A DNA stretch of 21,222 nucleotides from contig JBHLPW010000029.1 of assembly GCA_048939015.1 (NCBI GenBank), positions 1-21,222 of the forward strand, given 5' to 3'. The translations under genes and the position numbers were made by a program. The notes under the pieces were generated by a model. It was given only the letters and a program-made list of their open reading frames with translations. It was not told the DNA's origin and made no database searches. Every line of letters starts with the position of its first letter. Position 1 is the first letter of the stretch. Shown here one piece after another: positions 16,818 to 21,222 of this stretch. Source of the DNA: Promethearchaeota archaeon (lineage in GTDB: Archaea; Asgardarchaeota; Lokiarchaeia; Sigyniarchaeales; SOKP01).

Positions 16818-19094
16818 ATGATTTCTAATAATAATCATTTCTCAGAGGAATTAATTTCAGATTTCTTAGAAAAATTCGCATTTCATAAAAAATCTATTCA
16901 ATTTTTTACTGAAAAATTAGGATTCACTCATTTAAATTATTTACAGCAGAATTATATCAAAGATTTTCTAACCAAAAACAAGACCCTAGTAATAGCGCCA
17001 ACATCTTCAGGCAAAACTATTATTGCATTTATTAAAATGGTTTATATACTTCAAAATAAAGAAATTAAAAAGAGATTTATTTATATGCTTCCATATTTAC
17101 AACTATTAAACGAGAAATTAGAGGAATTATCAATTTTTGAGTATTTCGACTTAAAAGTCTCTCAGAATATCGATGAGTATCAAAGTGGAGAAATAAATAT
17201 TTTAGTATGTACTTTCCATCAAATGGATGAATATTTACAGTTTAATCCTTCATTAGATGAACCTGATTTATTTATTTTTGATGAATTGGATGTACTTGGA
17301 ACTACCTTTTTTGGACCAATAGTAGAATCCGTAATAGCTAATTTTCTAAGTTTAAAAATTTTAAACAATGTTTTATCAATTACAGCTACAGTTGGAGATA
17401 TGAAGACACTTGCAGAGTGGTTGAATAATTCTGAGATCCTAGAGATTTTAGATTATCGACCAGTTCCCCTATATAAAGAAGTAATTTACAACTCAAAGGG
17501 CATATCACCGGAAACACTATTAGATTTATATACAAAACAAAAGGACATTAGAAATAGACCAATATTAGTGATAATTTATAACAAGCTTCATATCGAATCT
17601 TTAGCAGCGAATTTAGCAAGATTAATTCGTGAAATTGATATTAATCTTGATGAATTGACTACTAAATTTGATAAAAGCTCATATATAAATGAAATTATCT
17701 TCAATCTTAAACATGGAGTAGGAATATTTCACGCAGATATTCCAAAAAAGATCCAAAAATTCACTATTGAAAATTATAATAAAGGAATATTACCTTTTTT
17801 AATCGCAAGTCCTTCTCTAGCACGTGGAGTGAATTTAAATTGTCGTACAGTTGTAATTAGACCAACATTACCCTATGGTAAATCAATAAGTAAATGTGAT
17901 TATGAACAAATATCTGGGAGAGCAGGAAGAAAGAATCTTCAAGATAAAGGGTTTTCCATAATTATAGCTAAAGATGAAGCTAAGCAAAAAGAGTATAAAG
18001 AAAAATATATTGAAGGTGAATTAGAACCTTTGATTAGTGGCTTTTTTGATGGAGAAATATTTAATTCAAACGCTTTTGAATTAGATGTGCTAAAAACAAT
18101 TGCACTGACAGATTCAGATAAAAAATCACTCTATAATAAATATAAGAATTACTATTTTGTAACTGGAATGCCTAATGATCACATGGAGGAATTTCTTGAA
18201 GATATTATTAGTACTGCTCTAAAAGATCTAAAAAATATGGGATTCGTTCAAATGGGAAGAACAAAATATGTGATTTCAGATATAGGAAAATTTTATATTA
18301 GATATCATTGTAGCTCAATCCCTGGATTTGGATTACAACAATACTATCAGCTAGTTCATAAAATTGGGAATAATATTCTAGAGAATGAATATTCAATTAC
18401 AGTTTCTAATTATTATGAGATAATTAGAAAAGTTGTCAATATTTTAGACGAACAAACCCTAATTAAATTTATCAGTAGAAAAAAGGAAGAAAGAATTAAT
18501 ATTCGCGAAAGAATTACTAATTTTATTCGTAATAACTGCGGATTATTTGAAAGTACTAAATTTCTTAGAGATTTAACTTTTGTAGTATTGGTAAATTATA
18601 TGATTGGCAAAAAAATTGAAGGAATTGAGGTAGATTATTTATGTTCAGTACCCTCTTTCTATAAAATACGTATAATTATACCTAAGGTATTGGATGTCTT
18701 GAGAAATTATGTTTCCAACTTTTTTAGCTTAGCTGAGAATAATGAAGATGAAGACTGGATGGCAATAATCAGCTATTTGAAAGAATCTTTAAAATATGGA
18801 ATACCCATTAGACATATTCCATTTAGACAGAATATTCCCGCAAAAAAAATTAATCGTAATGCTTGGCTTGAGTTAGTTTCAGGACTCCAGAACAAATATG
18901 GAAATTCATTAAACTCTTATGATGAAATATTCAAAAAAGAGCAAGAATTTACTTATGTTCCTCAGATTGGCCCAATACGTAATGCAACAATCATAAATAA
19001 TGTTGAGAACATTATACGCTCAGAATCTAGGTTGAACATATTACTAGATAAATACAATCTTGAATTTCCGTTTAAAGTAAAGATTAGGAATTAA
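16818..19094 (+). CDS. Ski2/Hel308-like SF2 helicase, divergent
   Basis: Q-motif GFTHLNYLQ, I APTSSGKT, II DELD, III TAT, RPVPL, GVGIFHAD, V SLARGVNL, VI QISGRAGR, winged helix, C-terminal HhH VPQIGP. Confidence 0.92.
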   Translation: MISNNNHFSEELISDFLEKFAFHKKSIQFFTEKLGFTHLNYLQQNYIKDFLTKNKTLVIAPTSSGKTIIAFIKMVYILQNKEIKKRFIYMLPYLQLLNEKLEELSIFEYFDLKVSQNIDEYQSGEINILVCTFHQMDEYLQFNPSLDEPDLFIFDELDVLGTTFFGPIVESVIANFLSLKILNNVLSITATVGDMKTLAEWLNNSEILEILDYRPVPLYKEVIYNSKGISPETLLDLYTKQKDIRNRPILVIIYNKLHIESLAANLARLIREIDINLDELTTKFDKSSYINEIIFNLKHGVGIFHADIPKKIQKFTIENYNKGILPFLIASPSLARGVNLNCRTVVIRPTLPYGKSISKCDYEQISGRAGRKNLQDKGFSIIIAKDEAKQKEYKEKYIEGELEPLISGFFDGEIFNSNAFELDVLKTIALTDSDKKSLYNKYKNYYFVTGMPNDHMEEFLEDIISTALKDLKNMGFVQMGRTKYVISDIGKFYIRYHCSSIPGFGLQQYYQLVHKIGNNILENEYSITVSNYYEIIRKVVNILDEQTLIKFISRKKEERINIRERITNFIRNNCGLFESTKFLRDLTFVVLVNYMIGKKIEGIEVDYLCSVPSFYKIRIIIPKVLDVLRNYVSNFFSLAENNEDEDWMAIISYLKESLKYGIPIRHIPFRQNIPAKKINRNAWLELVSGLQNKYGNSLNSYDEIFKKEQEFTYVPQIGPIRNATIINNVENIIRSESRLNILLDKYNLEFPFKVKIRN

Positions 19095-19210
19095 GTAAAA
19101 TTAAAAAATGTCATAATTAAATTAAATTTTTTGAATTATTTCCAAATATTGAAATGTATGAATTTAAACAAATATTAACTAAAAAAAAAAATCTGAAGGA
19201 TATTTATTTA

Positions 19211-19360
19211 ACCCCGTATCATTAGATGAAGGTAGGTTAACTAAAAATATTCGTGAATCAGTGCTTTTACGACAATTCTTGGATTTATAATTAATTTTCA
19301 AGAACTATGCATTATAATTTGATTATTACCTACTTAGCTCTTATGGTGGAGGGTGTGGGG
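19211..19360 (+). other. Candidate structured non-coding element (long irregular stem with two internal hairpins)
   Basis: Manual pairings with G-U: 19211-19226 with 19339-19354; GGTAGGT (19231-19237) with ACCTACT (19328-19334); hairpins TCGTGAA/TTTACGA and TTCTTGGA/TTCAAGAA. Confidence 0.35.
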
Positions 19361-19555
19361 CATATTCCATAACTAATTTTCTTATTTTAGTAAATTAATA
19401 TTTTGAACGAAATTTAATCCGGACTACTCAATTTGTATTATTTAGCTAATTTATTCTTGTCAATTTAGAGATAATAGATGTGTGATCTCATAGCTTATTA
19501 AAAAACTAAATACTATAAATAATAACTTTCGAATTTGAACTTTATGTTTATTTAG

Positions 19556-19687
19556 CTATTTTTTAGAGCGTTTATCAGCAGTACTCATAGCACGAGATTT
19601 AAAACCTTTATCACCTTTAGAACCTTTTCTATCTTGACTTGATTGAATCCTTCTCGCAGCTTTTTGCGTCATTTTACTTTTTGCCAT
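19556..19687 (-). CDS. Small basic hydrophilic protein (43 aa), SMP/LEA-like motif; not in ORF track
   Basis: MAKSKMTQKAARRIQSSQDRKGSKGDKGFKSRAMSTADKRSKK* with SD GAGGTG upstream. Matches the MT..AA.RIQS...GF..RA.S.AD pattern. Confidence 0.8.
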   Translation of the reverse strand: MAKSKMTQKAARRIQSSQDRKGSKGDKGFKSRAMSTADKRSKK

Positions 19688-19714
19688 ATTTTTAACACCT
19701 CTTTTTCTGCTTTT

Positions 19715-20128
19715 TTATCTTTTTATAAGTTTACCACATTTAGGGCATTTAAACCAATTATATTCTTTTAATAGAGTCATTGTTTCTTTGCATTTAACAC
19801 AGTAAATCGCATTTATCTTATGTTCCCAACTATTTTTTAGAGATTCAGTTCTAGACGTTTGGTTTTTTTTCAATAAAATTGTCATTGGTTTAAGATGAAA
19901 TATTGTTATTCCATCATCAGAAAAGTTTTTACCTATTATTGTATGCCCATTTTGACTAGCATCAGATACAAATCCGTCTGAACGGATATAATCTCTTATT
20001 CTAGTGCCATGTTTATGACCATGGATTATTTCTAATACATTATCTCCAATTTCCTTGCATTCATCAAATTTGATTAATATCTCATCTATGGCATCTTTTA
20101 AGAACAGATTATGTACATCTAACTTCAT
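19715..20128 (-). CDS. Smr/MutS2-C domain protein with C-terminal Zn ribbon
   Basis: LDVHN...A...LEIIHGHKHGTRIRDYIR (Smr); CVKC...CPKC. Confidence 0.85.
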   Translation of the reverse strand: MKLDVHNLFLKDAIDEILIKFDECKEIGDNVLEIIHGHKHGTRIRDYIRSDGFVSDASQNGHTIIGKNFSDDGITIFHLKPMTILLKKNQTSRTESLKNSWEHKINAIYCVKCKETMTLLKEYNWFKCPKCGKLIKR

Positions 20129-20254
20129 TACAATTTGAATTCGGGTTTATTGAATTATATTGGTCTATTTTGCCTATATTCTTTATTTATTTCTGACTAA
20201 TAAAAATTTTAGTAAAAAATTTTACGATTTAAGAATCTGCAATAAATAAATGAC

Positions 20255-21222
20255 TCATTTTTTACTAATTATGACTTTTTGAAGATATTTCTCAAGTTTT
20301 TCATTATAATCTTCAGTAAGTGTAAATTTTGAGGCTGATTGAGAAATTAGAAATCCTACATCTTTTAATTTATTTATAGCATCGGATAATTTTCTATTCG
20401 AATAAGGTAATAACCCCTCTTTTTTAACTGACCGTAAAATGTTATGCAAATAACTATATTTATGTTCCTGTTTATCCTCATTTTTACCAGTAGTATAAGC
20501 ATCGATAATTATCTTGAAAATAGTTTTCCAATCCTCTTTTTCAATTTCATCTTTTAGATTTGGGCTTAATTCTGAATCAACATGAGGATCTTCATCAGGT
20601 AAGAAAATTTCCATAAAACCTTCAACAATTTCTGTTTTTATTTTGCCTTTTTCCTCTGCTGTAGATACAAATTTACTAAAAGAATTAAATGCATTAGTCT
20701 TGTCATTTGGATCCTGAACCATTGAAGCCCCTTTATAGTCGAAATTCGGAGAACTTCGCATTAAGTTATCAATTAAGGCTCTTCGAGTTGTTTTACCTTG
20801 TTCTCTTGCAAATTTTATTGTCTCTATTAACCAATCTACAGCAGTATCAAAAGGAATTGTTTTTTCTTTCTTTTTAGGAGATACTAGTTTTGAAAAATCT
20901 CGTGTTTTATACATTTTAGAAAGTTCTTCAAGAGAAAGAAAATCGTCAGCACTTAATAATAAGTGTTCACTCACATTATGTGTATCACCTATTATTATGA
21001 CTTTTCTACGATTTGCTTTAAGAGCAGTTACCAATGAAATGAAATCCTTATCACCTGTTAATAATATGAAACAATTAATTTCAGGATACAATTGGGCCGT
21101 TTCAAGGCAATCAACAGCAATTTTTACATCAACACTATTCGGTTTCCCCATAGATACTTGGATAGCATCAAAACCTAGGCTATAGAGCGCCTGAATTATT
21201 TCTTTATTAATTCCTGCCCAAT
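20255..21222 (-). CDS. NYN (LabA/DUF88, PIN-like) domain protein with probable OST-HTH/LOTUS domain; 5' end outside window
   Basis: Frame open to the window edge (WAGINKEIIQALYSLGFDAIQVSMGKPNSVDVKIAVD). TGDKDF and SADDFLSL motifs; FNSFSKFVSTAEEKGKI is LOTUS-like. Confidence 0.9.
   Translation of the reverse strand, partial: WAGINKEIIQALYSLGFDAIQVSMGKPNSVDVKIAVDCLETAQLYPEINCFILLTGDKDFISLVTALKANRRKVIIIGDTHNVSEHLLLSADDFLSLEELSKMYKTRDFSKLVSPKKKEKTIPFDTAVDWLIETIKFAREQGKTTRRALIDNLMRSSPNFDYKGASMVQDPNDKTNAFNSFSKFVSTAEEKGKIKTEIVEGFMEIFLPDEDPHVDSELSPNLKDEIEKEDWKTIFKIIIDAYTTGKNEDKQEHKYSYLHNILRSVKKEGLLPYSNRKLSDAINKLKDVGFLISQSASKFTLTEDYNEKLEKYLQKVIISKK

Larger units (their letters stand above)
2744..19286. 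mobile_element. Putative integrated, partly decayed Cdc6-carrying mobile/defence island (boundaries tentative)
   Basis: Gene content (AbrB x2, RHH, C2H2, cdc6, TIR, nuclease, MTase, helicase), pseudogenes, and the 12-bp direct repeat ATTCTTGGATTT at 2744-2755 and 19275-19286. No integrase seen. Confidence 0.45.

Noticed and set aside
19211-19372. SRP RNA, 5S rRNA or full tRNA
   Set aside because: No SRP helix-8 motif with GNRA loop, no 5S conserved sequence, and no T-loop or cloverleaf.
20997-21185. 62-aa plus-strand ORF
   Set aside because: Antisense to the conserved NYN domain.
1-21222. CRISPR array, integrase, transposase, capsid or packaging genes
   Set aside because: No regularly spaced repeats and no recognisable motifs for these proteins, so a complete provirus or IS cannot be claimed.

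Overview
Very AT-rich archaeal window, most likely Asgard (Lokiarchaeia/Promethearchaeota-like), inferred from an Arf-type GTPase, Orc1/Cdc6, a Hel308-like helicase and an RHH-HisKA-REC regulator. The left flank (1-2.7 kb: GTPase with a polyproline tail, response regulator) and the right flank (19.5-21.2 kb: small basic protein, Smr, NYN) look like host or host-like genes. Between them lies a ~16.5 kb accessory block with three parts. (i) Two paralogous tandem-AbrB genes each sit divergently across a similar AT-rich spacer. The first faces a virus/plasmid-like string of small, SD-led, partly coupled ORFs (tandem RHH, an unannotated C2H2 zinc finger). The second faces a divergent Orc1/Cdc6-wHTH-NIF3 operon with a perfect 12-bp inverted repeat upstream. 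(ii) Decayed genes and a Zn-dependent PLC/P1-family hydrolase. (iii) A defence-like cluster: TIR protein, PD-(D/E)xK nuclease, beta-class DNA MTase, HTH regulator and an atypical Ski2/Hel308 helicase. No integrase, transposase, capsid, CRISPR array, rRNA or full tRNA was seen. The best interpretation is a partly decayed, integrated Cdc6-carrying mobile/defence island. All calls come from reading motifs by eye; no searches were run.
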